Shown: piece by piece, positions 38,065-48,579 of the stretch
How positions within the stretch are numbered: position 1 is the first letter of the stretch
How the letters are laid out: each line of letters opens with the position of its first letter
From: Phycisphaerae bacterium
Lineage (GTDB): Bacteria; Planctomycetota; Phycisphaerae; UBA1845; Fen-1342
NCBI GenBank assembly: GCA_050115495.1
Contig: JASFQK010000009.1
Span: 1-64,000 of the forward strand
Reading direction: 5' to 3'
DNA: 64,000 nt
The notes under the pieces: generated by a model
The model's input: the letters and a program-made list of their open reading frames with translations, nothing else
Databases searched by the model: none
What the model was told of the DNA's origin: nothing
Made by a program: the position numbers and the translations under genes

Positions 38065-40404
38065 ATGGGCGCAGGGCGCCTGTTGCTTTGGGCGGTCATC
38101 GGGCAGATGGTGCTGGCCGGTGTCGGGCCCGGGGCAGCCGGCCAGGACGGCGCGCTACCCACCGCCGAACTCCTGGTCGACCTGGCCCGTGACCACGGCG
38201 TCAACGTCGCCGGACGGCAGTCCCCCGCCGACGTCGTGCACATTGAGACGCTGCTGACGGCGGCCACGCGGCTCGATCCGCAGCTCGCCGAGGCGTATGC
38301 CTGGCTGCACGAATTGGCCGTACTGCGCGGCGATCGCAGCGGAGCGGCGACGGCGGCACGACAACTGCTCGTGGCCGACCCTGCGCACGTCTCTGCGTTC
38401 GACTGCTTCCTCGATGCCGGCCTGGCCGGCGTCAATACGGTCGAGCAACGCCGCGACTGGCTCGACGTTCAGCTCAACTCCTGCCCCGCCCGACCCGACT
38501 TCCAGGCCATGGTGCTCGTCCACGCCGCCCGGCTGGCCGTTTCCTGCATGGATCCGGCGACGGCCCGGTCCCAGGTACGGCGGGCGGTGGCGCTCGATCC
38601 CAACAACCTCGACGCGGCCGCGCTGGATATCCAGCTTCTGGAAGATGGAACACCGCCGGCCGAGCGTCTCCGGTCCCTGTTGCGCTTCCTGCGGCTCAGC
38701 CCGCTGCACATGGACACCACCTGGCAGATCGCCTGCCTGCTGGATAGCTGCGGCTACTACGAAGAGGCCGAGCTGTTCTACGAGCACGCCATCGAGCTGC
38801 ACCGGTTGGCCAACCCGCAAGCCACGCTCCCTGGCGAGTTGCTCATGCAGCTCAGCCGGCACGCCCTGGCCCGCGGCGATCTCGAAGCGGCTGCGCAGCG
38901 AGCCTCCGAAGGCATCAACGCCGACCGCAGCCTGGCCAGCGAAGGCGGCATGTACCTGTACTGGCTGATGCAGGAGCGGGGGCTGGCCAGCCAGGCGGAG
39001 TTCATCGGCCACCAACTGGCCCAGCGCTTCGCCGCCGTACGCGAGCCGGCCGAGTGGTCGGTCAACGAGGTCGCCCAGGCGGCGTGGTATCACTGTACGA
39101 TCGACCCGCAGCCGCAACGGGCCCTGATGCTCGCCGAGAACGCCGCCCAGCGTGCCCCGGACGATGTGTTCGTGACGCGCGTCCTCGGCTGGGCGCAACT
39201 GGCCAACCTCCAGGCCGCGCAGGCCGAGCGGACCCTGATGCCGATCGCCGGCCAGGACGTGTACGCCGCGGCGGCGCTGGCCCGCATCCTGCACGACATG
39301 GGCGAGGTTGAGGCTGCCGACCGCCTGCTGCGTGAGGCCGGCCCGCTGCCCACGATCGGCCCCGTGCGTGACCTGCTCATCGGCTTCGGCGGCGACGCCG
39401 CAGCCTCGCAACCCACGACGCACCGGGACGAAGGCATCCCCGCCATCCTGGCCGAGTTCGATCCGACGGTGCTGGGCTTCTACCGCGAGCCGGCCCAGTT
39501 CGTTGAAGCGTCGATCAGCGTGCCTCGCCCCGCCGTGAGCCCGGGCGAACCGTGGTGGCTCGAATTCAAGCTGACCAACCGGGCGAGCTTCCCCATCACG
39601 CTCGGACCGAACGGGATGATCAACCCCGTCTTCCTGGTCTCGATCGACATGGAAGGCGACCGCGCCCGCAGCTATCCGTACCTGCTCAACATCAACCTCA
39701 CCGAGCGGCGTGTGCTGCTGCCGGGCGAGACGGTGCAGATGCGCCGGACAATCGACAGCGGTCCGCCGCGGCTGGCCTCGCGCCTGACGCCGCAACAGAT
39801 CCAGCGCGTTACCGTGCGGGCGATCCTCGACCCCGTCGCCACCCCGGACGGCAAGTGGCAGCCGGGCCTCGGCGGTCAGAAGCTGGGCCCGGTGTACTTC
39901 AACCGGCTGCCCGCGGGAACGACGCGCGAAGCGTTGCGAGCGGTGCTGGCGGCTTTCCGCGGCACTTCGGACACGGTCCGTTTCGGGGCGGTCGAGGCCA
40001 TCGCCGAACTGCTCGGCGAAAGCCAGCGAGCCACCTTTACAAAACTTAACTACCGGCCGGAAGCGGTACCGAATGACCGGCTGGGTGAGGCGCTGCTGGC
40101 CGGGTTGCGGGCCGAGTCGTGGGAACTGCGAGCACGGACGCTGGACGCGCTCCAGGTCGCGGGACTGGACGCCACGCTGCTCGGCGCGGTGGACGAGTGC
40201 CTGAAACATCCGCACTGGCTGGTGCGGCTGATGTCGGTGCGGCTGCTGGGGATGCGACAGGGTCCGGCCGCGGCCGAGAAGCTCCGGCCACTGGTCGAAG
40301 GCGACGAGGACATGCTCGTCCGCAGCCTCTCCGGCGCGTTCCTGAGTTCGTGGACCACCTCACCGCCGACGAGCCAGCCGGCCGAGAGCGAGCCGAACGA
40401 CTGA
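38065..40404 (+). CDS. Secreted TPR-like protein with C-terminal HEAT repeats
   Basis: Signal peptide, A..LDP repeats, L....W.VR HEAT-like motifs. Confidence 0.7.
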   Translation: MGAGRLLLWAVIGQMVLAGVGPGAAGQDGALPTAELLVDLARDHGVNVAGRQSPADVVHIETLLTAATRLDPQLAEAYAWLHELAVLRGDRSGAATAARQLLVADPAHVSAFDCFLDAGLAGVNTVEQRRDWLDVQLNSCPARPDFQAMVLVHAARLAVSCMDPATARSQVRRAVALDPNNLDAAALDIQLLEDGTPPAERLRSLLRFLRLSPLHMDTTWQIACLLDSCGYYEEAELFYEHAIELHRLANPQATLPGELLMQLSRHALARGDLEAAAQRASEGINADRSLASEGGMYLYWLMQERGLASQAEFIGHQLAQRFAAVREPAEWSVNEVAQAAWYHCTIDPQPQRALMLAENAAQRAPDDVFVTRVLGWAQLANLQAAQAERTLMPIAGQDVYAAAALARILHDMGEVEAADRLLREAGPLPTIGPVRDLLIGFGGDAAASQPTTHRDEGIPAILAEFDPTVLGFYREPAQFVEASISVPRPAVSPGEPWWLEFKLTNRASFPITLGPNGMINPVFLVSIDMEGDRARSYPYLLNINLTERRVLLPGETVQMRRTIDSGPPRLASRLTPQQIQRVTVRAILDPVATPDGKWQPGLGGQKLGPVYFNRLPAGTTREALRAVLAAFRGTSDTVRFGAVEAIAELLGESQRATFTKLNYRPEAVPNDRLGEALLAGLRAESWELRARTLDALQVAGLDATLLGAVDECLKHPHWLVRLMSVRLLGMRQGPAAAEKLRPLVEGDEDMLVRSLSGAFLSSWTTSPPTSQPAESEPND

Positions 40405-40580
40405 CCGATCGGCGACGCTGAAGACGGGGCGAACGAACTTCCGATAAGTAGAGACGACCTGTCATGCGCTCGTCGGCGTCATTGACGCCAACCCGCGGCA
40501 GGTGGTAAATACCCGGTTCGGCACGGGGCGCGGCCCGTGCGAAAGGTGTCTTCGCCGACGAGGGGATAGCGGGAGCAGCC

Positions 40581-41582
40581 GTGTCCAGACGAACCATAGG
40601 CAGGCGTTGGATGCTCGTGACCTGCACAGCGGTGCTGGTCTGCACCGGGTGTACGCTCACGCGTGAGCAGGCGCGGGTCCGACTGGCCCAGGGCGACGCG
40701 GCCCTGGCAGCGAGGAACGTCGAGCTCGCCGTCGCCGAGTTCCGCGAAGCGGTCGCCCTCGATCCCAACTACGCCGACGCGCACACAAAACTCGGCCAGG
40801 CCTACCGCGAGGCGGGCGACCTGGGCCGGGCCGCCGACGAGCTGAAGACGGCGGTGCGGCTGAGCCCGCGCGACTTCGTGCCCGTGTTCGAGCTCGGCGA
40901 GGTGTACCGTCTGCTCGATCGGCTCGCGCAAGCCATCAGCGCCTACGTGATCGCCTGCGAGATACAGCCGGAGAACTTCGACGCCCGCGCCCGGCTGGCC
41001 GACTGCTACTACCGATCCGGTGATCTCGGGGCCGCCGCGGAAGCCTACGACGCCGCCCTCAGGCTGAACGACACCGACGCCCGCTGCTGGAGCAACCTCG
41101 GCGCCGTATATCACATGCAGAGCAAACCGTACGAGGCGATCCGGGCGTACAAGCGGGCCCTCGAACGCGGCTCGCCGCAGCCGGCCGTGCTGGTCAACCT
41201 CGCCACCGTGTACCTCCAGCAGGAGCGCTGGACCACGGCGCACCGAGCCCTGCTCCGGGCCATCGACCTCGACCCCAGACTGTCCGCCGCCCACGAGCGG
41301 CTGGGCTACTGCCTCTGGCGGCAGGAGCTGTACGACGACGCCGCCCGCGAATATCGGCAGGCCATCGACCTCGACGCCCGCAACGCCGCCGCTCACGCCG
41401 GCCTCGGCGTCGTGCGCATGACGCAGTACCTCAACGAGCCGGCAACGGTAGCCTTTCGCAACGAAGCCGTCGAATCGTGGCACATCAGCCTCGAACTCAA
41501 CCCTGACCAGCCCAAGCTGCGCAGCCTGCTGGAAAAGTATCGGCCCAAGCAGCAGCAGCCGACGCTGACGTACGAGCCATAG
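40581..41582 (+). CDS. TPR-repeat protein, probable lipoprotein
   Basis: VCTGC lipobox-like motif; many canonical TPRs. Confidence 0.85.
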   Translation: MSRRTIGRRWMLVTCTAVLVCTGCTLTREQARVRLAQGDAALAARNVELAVAEFREAVALDPNYADAHTKLGQAYREAGDLGRAADELKTAVRLSPRDFVPVFELGEVYRLLDRLAQAISAYVIACEIQPENFDARARLADCYYRSGDLGAAAEAYDAALRLNDTDARCWSNLGAVYHMQSKPYEAIRAYKRALERGSPQPAVLVNLATVYLQQERWTTAHRALLRAIDLDPRLSAAHERLGYCLWRQELYDDAAREYRQAIDLDARNAAAHAGLGVVRMTQYLNEPATVAFRNEAVESWHISLELNPDQPKLRSLLEKYRPKQQQPTLTYEP

Positions 41583-41673
41583 ACCGCGACGACCGGGCGA
41601 CCGCCCCGCCGCGGTTGGCGTGAGCGTGGGAACGCCTAAGATAGGGGTGGAGTTCGGGCACGGAGTTGCGAGC

Positions 41674-42417
41674 ATGCGTTCCCGGCACAACAGGCCCCCC
41701 CTTCTCAACCGCCGCCAGCCGCCGTCTGCGAGAAGCGGCTTCACGCTGATCGAGCTGCTGGTGGTCATCGCCATCATCTCGCTGCTGATGTCGATTCTGA
41801 CGCCGTCGTTGAGCCGGGCCCGGCAGCAGGCGAAGTCGGCCTTGTGCCTGACGCGGTTGTCGGAGTTCATGAAGGCGACCACGGCCTACGGGAACGACAA
41901 CAACTTCCTGCTGCCGCCGACGATGTACGAGGTGGCCCAGCCCGACGACGCCAGCCCGCCGCCCGGCATGGCCCCGCTGCACGGCTGGGCCGAGGCGCTA
42001 TACCAATACCTCTACGGCGACAAAGACTATCCGATGGACGAGGATTTCCCCGTCCAGCGCAACCGCCGCGGCCGCTACGAGCTGTGGCTGTGCAAGGAAG
42101 GCATCCCGCTGGCCAACAGCACGGGCCACTATCGCGTCTACGAGCTGAGCTGGAACAAGGGCACGCTCGACCTGATCAACCCCCGTCTGCCGCTCATCAT
42201 GGACGCCAACCCGAAGGTCACCGATCCGTACGACCTGCGGATGAGCTACATCCCGCGTGAACACCTGGCCGGGCTCGAAGGCGAAGCCTACATCGACGAG
42301 CGGCATTACGGCGGCACGAACTACGCCTTCAACGACGGCCACGCCGTGCGCAGCACGAACCTCAAGGAACAGCTCGCCGAAGACTGGGACCTCAACCCGG
42401 ACACGCTCAACCGATGA
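41674..42417 (+). CDS. Prepilin-type N-terminal cleavage/methylation protein with H-X9-DG C-terminus (DUF1559-like)
   Basis: GFTLIELLVVIAIISLL..IL.PSL..AR; RHYGGTNYAFNDGH. Confidence 0.9.
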   Translation: MRSRHNRPPLLNRRQPPSARSGFTLIELLVVIAIISLLMSILTPSLSRARQQAKSALCLTRLSEFMKATTAYGNDNNFLLPPTMYEVAQPDDASPPPGMAPLHGWAEALYQYLYGDKDYPMDEDFPVQRNRRGRYELWLCKEGIPLANSTGHYRVYELSWNKGTLDLINPRLPLIMDANPKVTDPYDLRMSYIPREHLAGLEGEAYIDERHYGGTNYAFNDGHAVRSTNLKEQLAEDWDLNPDTLNR

Positions 42418-43568
42418 ACGCACCACCCCTCACGTACCTCGACAACAACGCGACCACGCGCGTTGACCCGCGCGTCGTCGATGCCCTCGTCCCGCTGCTC
42501 GCCGAGCAGTACGGCAATCCGTCCAGCGCCCATCACTTCGGGGCGCAGGTCGCCGTGCAGATCGAGCAGTCCCGTCGACAGGTGGCCGCGCTGATCGGCG
42601 CCCGCGACGCCGAAATCGTCTTCACGTGCGGTGGCACGGAGGCGGACAACACGGCTCTGCGCGGCGTGCTGACGGCCCTGCCGGAAAAGCGGCACGTCAT
42701 CATCTCGCCCGTCGAGCACCACGCGATCTTCGAGACGTGCGAGCGGCTCGAAGAAGGCGGGCTGACGGTGACGCGATTGCGCGTCGACCGCGAGGGCCGG
42801 CTCGACCTCGATCACCTGGCGAGCAGCCTGCGCGACGACACGGCCCTGGTCTCGGTCATGCTGGCCAACAACGAGACGGGCGTCGTCTTTCCGCTACGAC
42901 AGATCAGCGAGATCGCCCACGCCCGCGGCGTGCTCGTGCACACCGACGCCGTCAACGCGACGGGCAAGCTCGCCTACGATGTGAACGAGCTTGGTGTCGA
43001 CCTGCTCTCGCTCAGCGCCCACAAGTTCCACGGACCCAAGGGCGTCGGCGCACTGTACATCCGCCGGGGGACGCCGTTCCGCTCGGTACAGATCGGCGGA
43101 GCCCAGGAGCGCGGTCGGCGCGGCGGCACGCTGAACGCCCCGGGCATCGTCGCCCTCGGCGCGGCCTGTGCCCTGCTGAGCGAACTCGGCGATGCAGTTC
43201 ACGAACGGATGCGCGTTCTGCGCGACCAGCTCGAAACGCGGCTGCGCGAACGGCTGCCCGACGTGTACATCTGCGGCAGCGGCGTTGAACGCCTGCCGAA
43301 CACGACGTGCGCCTGCTTCCCGGGTGTGAGTTCCGAGGCGATCCTGATGCTGCTCAGCGAGGCGGGCATCTGCGTCTCGACCGGCTCGGCGTGCGCCAGC
43401 GGCACGCTCGATCCGTCGCACGTCCTGGTCGCCATGGGCATCGATCCGCACGTCGCCCAGGGGCAGATTCGCTTCTCGCTCGGCCGGTTCAACACAAAGG
43501 CCGATATCGACCGGCTCTTCGAGGTCCTGCCGAATATCGTGGCCCGCGCGGCGACGTCGAACGTCTGA
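42414..43568 (+). CDS. Cysteine desulfurase (NifS/IscS family)
   Basis: YLDNNATT, GNPSS.H, SAHKFHGPKG, STGSAC.S. Confidence 0.92.
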   Translation: MNAPPLTYLDNNATTRVDPRVVDALVPLLAEQYGNPSSAHHFGAQVAVQIEQSRRQVAALIGARDAEIVFTCGGTEADNTALRGVLTALPEKRHVIISPVEHHAIFETCERLEEGGLTVTRLRVDREGRLDLDHLASSLRDDTALVSVMLANNETGVVFPLRQISEIAHARGVLVHTDAVNATGKLAYDVNELGVDLLSLSAHKFHGPKGVGALYIRRGTPFRSVQIGGAQERGRRGGTLNAPGIVALGAACALLSELGDAVHERMRVLRDQLETRLRERLPDVYICGSGVERLPNTTCACFPGVSSEAILMLLSEAGICVSTGSACASGTLDPSHVLVAMGIDPHVAQGQIRFSLGRFNTKADIDRLFEVLPNIVARAATSNV

Positions 43569-43665
43569 CGCCGACCGCCGCCATCTCCGGCAGAATATCC
43601 TCGGGCCGACCCCGAATACGGTTCAGGCAGGACGGCCGGCGTTCACCGGCACGGCGAGGTATACG

Positions 43666-44202
43666 ATGATCCACCTCTGCATATTCAGCGGACACAACGC
43701 CCCACTCGCTCCCGGGCGGCGCGTCTACCTGACGGTGTTCGGCGGAGCCGACCTCAGCCGCCCCACGCTGGCCAAGCAGATGATCGAACGGTTCCGCCGA
43801 CAACAGGCCGGCGACACCGTGCCGGGGCACTTCTTCATCACGCTATTCGGGGGCGTGTCCATCAAGGTACCGACACTGGCGGAGGAGTTCCTCGACCTCC
43901 AGCACGCCGTGCGCGGCGGGCAGCTCACGCTGACCCAATGGGACCAGGCGCTCGCCGAAGTCGGCCACTACAACGTCTGGCCGCTCGGGTCGCTCACGCT
44001 GTTCGGCGGGTACGACGCTGAGGAGTTGCCGTCGGAGAATACCGAGGTCGAGCAGATCGCCCAGAGCCGGCACCTCGGGTATCTGTCCGATGAGGCGGCG
44101 ACACTGCTGGCCGGTGCGATCGGCACACGCGGCACGCCGCGTGGAACCGTCGTTCGCCAGGCCGTGGCGACGTCAATGGCACCGGACAGCGTCGAACGGT
44201 AG
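43666..44202 (+). CDS. Hypothetical protein
   Basis: GAGG SD, typical codon usage, repeated T(L/V)FGG motifs. Confidence 0.65.
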   Translation: MIHLCIFSGHNAPLAPGRRVYLTVFGGADLSRPTLAKQMIERFRRQQAGDTVPGHFFITLFGGVSIKVPTLAEEFLDLQHAVRGGQLTLTQWDQALAEVGHYNVWPLGSLTLFGGYDAEELPSENTEVEQIAQSRHLGYLSDEAATLLAGAIGTRGTPRGTVVRQAVATSMAPDSVER

Positions 44203-44258
44203 CGGCGTCTGGTAAGCCCCCCACCGCAACTCGTAACTCTTGCTGCTTCCCTCGCGAC

Positions 44259-45176
44259 CTACTCGCCCTTGCGAGCGGGGAAGGCCCGTTCCATTGCTTC
44301 GAGGTAGGCCCACTTCTCGCGGATCTGGGTCTTGATGCTCTCCGCGTCGATGGTCTCGGACTTGTAGCGGCGCTGGCCGGCGAGGTAGTCCTCGAGCGGC
44401 GTGCCGTCGGGACGCTCGTTAATGCGGTAGCGAACGCCGTCGAAGACCTCATAGACGGGGAACAGGCCGCAGCCGACCGCCGCCCGGATCAGGTCGACGC
44501 TCTGCGTCGGGTCCGATTTCCAGCCGGTCGGACACGGCGAGAGCATCAGCAGGAACTTGAAGCCGCGGATGGACCGCGCCGTCCGCACTTTGCGGAGGAA
44601 GTCGTCGCGGTTGGCGACGGAGAGCGTGGCGGCGTAGGGAATGCGGTGCGCCGCCATGATGCTCATGATGTCCTTCTTCGGCTCGGTCTTGCCGCTGGCG
44701 GTGGTCGTCGTCTTCACGCCCTGCGGCGTGGCGCTGGAGCGCTGCCCGCCGGTGTTGCCGTAGATCTCGTTGTCGTAGCAGACGTAGATGATGTTCTCGT
44801 TGCGTTCGGCGGCGGCGGAGAGGGTGGCCATGCCGATGTCGTAGGTGCCGCCGTCGCCGGTCCAGCAGACGGTGGCCCGGTTCTCATCGTTGAGGTCGTA
44901 GACGACGCTGACGCCGGTGGCGACCGCCGGCGAGCTGGCGAACGTCGCCGCCGCGGTGGGCACACCGAAAGCGCTGGTCGGGAAGGCGCCGGCGGTGACG
45001 ATGCCACAGCAGGCGGGAATGACCATCGTGGGCCGGTCGTCCTCGCCCAGGGCCTGGTCGAGCCACTGCAGGCCGAGCGACATGCCGCAGCCGGCGCAGT
45101 TGGTGTTGCCCGGGCGAAGCACGCCGTCACAGCGGGCGAAGTCGTTGGCGAAGTCTCGGGTGGTTGTGGTGGTCAT
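44259..45176 (-). CDS. porB: Pyruvate/2-ketoisovalerate:ferredoxin oxidoreductase beta subunit
   Basis: CAGCG, GDGGTYDIG, YDNEIYGNTGGQRS, SPCPTGW. Confidence 0.88.
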   Translation of the reverse strand: MTTTTTRDFANDFARCDGVLRPGNTNCAGCGMSLGLQWLDQALGEDDRPTMVIPACCGIVTAGAFPTSAFGVPTAAATFASSPAVATGVSVVYDLNDENRATVCWTGDGGTYDIGMATLSAAAERNENIIYVCYDNEIYGNTGGQRSSATPQGVKTTTTASGKTEPKKDIMSIMAAHRIPYAATLSVANRDDFLRKVRTARSIRGFKFLLMLSPCPTGWKSDPTQSVDLIRAAVGCGLFPVYEVFDGVRYRINERPDGTPLEDYLAGQRRYKSETIDAESIKTQIREKWAYLEAMERAFPARKGE

Positions 45177-46345
45177 GCGGCCACCTCCTTGAACAGCGGT
45201 GCGGTGGCCTGCTTGCGGGTGTTGAGGTCTTCGAAGATCTCGTCGATGAAGCGGGGCGTGACGTCGCCGCCGCCGAGGCCGACCAGGTAATCCTGCAGGA
45301 GCACGTCGGGGCGCTCGCGCAGGGTCGTGGCGATCTCATTCCAGAAGATGCCGCCGGAACCGGGCGAGTGGTTGCGGTCGAGCACGCCCACGCGCTTGGC
45401 CGAACCGATAGCCTTCAGGAAGAGCTCCCGCTCGAAGGGGCGGAACATCTTCAGCTTGATCATGCCGACCTTCTCGCCGCGCTCGCGACGGGCCTTCACC
45501 ACGCGGCGGAGCGTGCGGGCCATCGTGTTGCAGGCCACCAGCACGGTGTCGGCGTCCTCGGTGTGCTCGGCGGAGAAGATGCCGTGCGGCCGGCGGCCGA
45601 AGACCTTCTCGAACTCGTCGATGGCCTCGGCCAGCACCGTCGGCACATTTTCCATGGCCGCCTGGATTTCCTCACGGTGCTTCTCGGTCTCGCGCGGCCA
45701 GGTCAGCCCGCCGACCGTGGTCGGGTGTTCGTAGTTCAGGCGGTGCGGCACCACGCATGGCGGCAGGTAGCGGTCGACCAATTCCTGCTCGGGCAGGTCG
45801 ACGACCATCTGCGTGTGCGACAGAACGAAGCCGTCCATCGCCACCATCGCCGGCAGCAGCACGCGGGGATCCTCGGCGACGCGGAACGACAGCAGGATCG
45901 TGTCGACCAGATCCTGGTGCGACTCGCAGTAGAACTGCATCCACGCCGCGTCACGCAGCGAGAGGCTGTCGCCCTGGTCCACCCAGATGTTCCACGGCGG
46001 GCCCAGCGTGCGGTTGACGGCGATCATCACGATCGGCAACCGGTAGTAGCCGGCAGCGAAGACGTTCTCGTTCATGTACGCCAGGCCGTTGGCCGAGCTG
46101 GCCGTGAAGGCCCGCGCTCCGGCCAGCGACGCTCCGATGCACACCGCCATGGCACTGTGCTCGGACTCGACCGGCACAACGCGGCCCCGCGTGAAGTTGA
46201 ACCCGCGGAGAAACTCGATGATTTCGGTTTGCGGCGTAATCGGATAGGCGCCGGCACAGCAGCCCCGGGTGCCGCGGTTAGCCTCGCCGGCCCGGGCCAG
46301 AGTGTATCCGGCAGCGTGATTCCCGGTCACCAACGTGCGTGCCAC
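45173..46345 (-). CDS. porA: Pyruvate/2-ketoisovalerate:ferredoxin oxidoreductase alpha subunit
   Basis: GNHAA, AYPITPQT, VESEHSAM, DGFVLSH; GGAGG SD before GTG. Confidence 0.88.
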   Translation of the reverse strand: MARTLVTGNHAAGYTLARAGEANRGTRGCCAGAYPITPQTEIIEFLRGFNFTRGRVVPVESEHSAMAVCIGASLAGARAFTASSANGLAYMNENVFAAGYYRLPIVMIAVNRTLGPPWNIWVDQGDSLSLRDAAWMQFYCESHQDLVDTILLSFRVAEDPRVLLPAMVAMDGFVLSHTQMVVDLPEQELVDRYLPPCVVPHRLNYEHPTTVGGLTWPRETEKHREEIQAAMENVPTVLAEAIDEFEKVFGRRPHGIFSAEHTEDADTVLVACNTMARTLRRVVKARRERGEKVGMIKLKMFRPFERELFLKAIGSAKRVGVLDRNHSPGSGGIFWNEIATTLRERPDVLLQDYLVGLGGGDVTPRFIDEIFEDLNTRKQATAPLFKEVAA

Positions 46346-46359
46346 CAGGCACCTCCTTC

Positions 46360-48579
46360 CTACAGCTCCCTGAGGTAGATCACGCCGCGCGGACACTGCG
46401 AAGCGCAGATGCCGCAGCCCTTGCAGTAATCGAAGTTGAACGTGTAGCGGTCCATGCCCTCGTGCAGCATCACACCCTCGGGGCAGTACGTCAGGCAGCG
46501 ATCACATTCGTTGCAGACGCCGCAACTGAAGCAGCGCTCCGCCTCGGCCACCGCCGCCTCGTGACCCGGCTCGTCCACCAGGCCCAGCCGCACCTCCGAG
46601 AACGACCGTCGCCGCACATTCGGCGGCAGCACTGTCGCCTGCTCCCGCGGCACGTGCGTGAACACGTGCATGTGAATCTCGTCGGCGCCGGCGACGGGCG
46701 GTGCCGCCGGCGGGAAGAGATCCTCGCCGGTCAGTGTCTTGTGCACGTGCAGCGCGGCCCGGTGACCGCTGCCGATGGCCGCGGTCACGGTGCCCTCGTT
46801 CGTGGCAAAATCGCCGCCGGAGAAGACCGGTGCCCCGGTCAGCCCGAGCAGCGCCTCGCCCTCGTGCACGTCGGAGCCCTCGGGCAGAATCGACAGGTCG
46901 CTCGACTGACCGAGAGCCAGCAGGACCTTGTCGCACTCGACGTCGAAGATGGCGTCTTCGCTCTCCAGCGGCAGCGGGCGACGGCGGCCGGACTCATCCG
47001 GCTCGCCCAGCTTCATCCGCTGGCAGGTCAGCACCGGGCCGTTGCTCCCCTTCTCCAGACGCAACGGGTTCACAAGCTCGTCGAGCTGGATCTTCTCCTC
47101 GATGGCTTCCTCGATTTCCTCTTCGATGGCCGGCATTTCGGCCCGCGTGCGGCGGTAGATAATGCGGACGTTCTGGGCCCCGACGCGGAGGGCCGTGCGG
47201 GCCGCATCCATCGCCGTGTTGCCGCCGCCCACCACCACGACGCGCTGGCCGCTGAGCGGGAACTCGCCCCGGCGGGCCCGATCGAGGAAGTCGATGCCCT
47301 GCAGGACCATGTCGTCGGCAAGGTTGCCCAGGTTCAGCGCCCGCAGCTCCTGGAGGCCGGTGCCGATGAAAACGGCGGCGAACTCGTGCGTCAGCTTGAG
47401 TAGCGCCTTGCGGTCGATCGTGCAATTCGTCTCGACCTCGACGCCGTGCCGCAGAATGAAGCTGATCTCGCGATCGAGCACGTTGCGCGGCAGGCGGTAC
47501 GGCGGAATGCCCGTGCGGAGCACGCCGCCGAGCTCGGCCGCGGCCTCGAAGAGCTTCACGCGATAGCCGAGGCGGGCCAGGTGATACGCCGCGCTGAGGC
47601 CCGCCGGCCCGGAACCGACGACCGCGATGCGCTCCTGGCGTGTCGGGTTGGCGGGCTCGGGCCAGAGGGCGTGGTCGGCGACGTAGCGTTCGATCTCGCG
47701 GACGTTGACGGCCTCGTCGTGCAGCCGGCGGTTGCAGGCCTCCATGCACGGTGCGGGGCAGACACGGCCGCAGATGCCCGGCAGCGGCGACGTTTGCAGA
47801 ATCGTTTGCAGCGCCGCGTCGTAGTCCTTCTTCACCACCGCCTGCACGAAGCCGCGGACGTCGTTGCCCGCCGGACAGCCGTCGTTGCACGGCGGCGTGA
47901 GCTGGTGGCGGTCGGGTTGGAACGAGGCCCACGAGCCGGTGCGGATGACCGGCATGCCGCCGACATCGGCGTCGAGGATGCTGGCCACGGCTCCGCCGCC
48001 GCCGCCACCCGTCGTCGCCTGCACCTTGCCTTTGAGCGTGGCGATCTGCACGGTGTCATAGGCCTCGCGGGCACCGGCGAGGTTGGGCCCGCCGAACTTC
48101 ATCTCCGCCAGCGTCGCCTCGACGTCGGCGAAGGGCATGTCGAAGACCTTGGCCACGGCGCCGAGCAGAATCGTGTTGACGATGGGCACGGCCTTGCTGC
48201 CGAGCTTGTTCTTGATGGCGATGGCGTTGGCGTCGATCGTCGCCACGCGGCGGCCGGCGAAGAGCTCGGCGTAGTCCTGTGGCGGCTGCGGCGTGTTCAG
48301 GATCGCCCAGCCCTCGGGCTTCAGGCCGGTGAGCACCCGCGGGGCGATGAGCGTGCTGTCCAGGACGATGATGTGGTCCGGCGACTCGATCTGGTTGTGG
48401 TTGTCGATCTCGGCGTCGTCGGCCCGCATGAAGGCCTGGATCGGTGCTCCGGAGCGTTCGGCCCCGTACACGCCGAAAGCCTGTACGTGCTTGCCGCGGA
48501 GGAAGTAGGCCGTGGCGATGAGCTTGGCGAGAGTGACGCCGCCTCGGCCGCCACGTCCGTAGATGGTCAATTCGATCAT
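46360..48579 (-). CDS. Fusion of oxidoreductase gamma subunit + GltD/DsrL-like FAD/NAD(P) oxidoreductase + 2[4Fe-4S] ferredoxin
   Basis: GRGGRGG...YGAERSGAP (gamma); PPC...CPAG, CGRVCPAPC..AC; GSGPAG; GGGNTAMD..R, YRR; C-terminal CxxCxxCxxC clusters. Confidence 0.85.
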   Translation of the reverse strand: MIELTIYGRGGRGGVTLAKLIATAYFLRGKHVQAFGVYGAERSGAPIQAFMRADDAEIDNHNQIESPDHIIVLDSTLIAPRVLTGLKPEGWAILNTPQPPQDYAELFAGRRVATIDANAIAIKNKLGSKAVPIVNTILLGAVAKVFDMPFADVEATLAEMKFGGPNLAGAREAYDTVQIATLKGKVQATTGGGGGGAVASILDADVGGMPVIRTGSWASFQPDRHQLTPPCNDGCPAGNDVRGFVQAVVKKDYDAALQTILQTSPLPGICGRVCPAPCMEACNRRLHDEAVNVREIERYVADHALWPEPANPTRQERIAVVGSGPAGLSAAYHLARLGYRVKLFEAAAELGGVLRTGIPPYRLPRNVLDREISFILRHGVEVETNCTIDRKALLKLTHEFAAVFIGTGLQELRALNLGNLADDMVLQGIDFLDRARRGEFPLSGQRVVVVGGGNTAMDAARTALRVGAQNVRIIYRRTRAEMPAIEEEIEEAIEEKIQLDELVNPLRLEKGSNGPVLTCQRMKLGEPDESGRRRPLPLESEDAIFDVECDKVLLALGQSSDLSILPEGSDVHEGEALLGLTGAPVFSGGDFATNEGTVTAAIGSGHRAALHVHKTLTGEDLFPPAAPPVAGADEIHMHVFTHVPREQATVLPPNVRRRSFSEVRLGLVDEPGHEAAVAEAERCFSCGVCNECDRCLTYCPEGVMLHEGMDRYTFNFDYCKGCGICASQCPRGVIYLREL

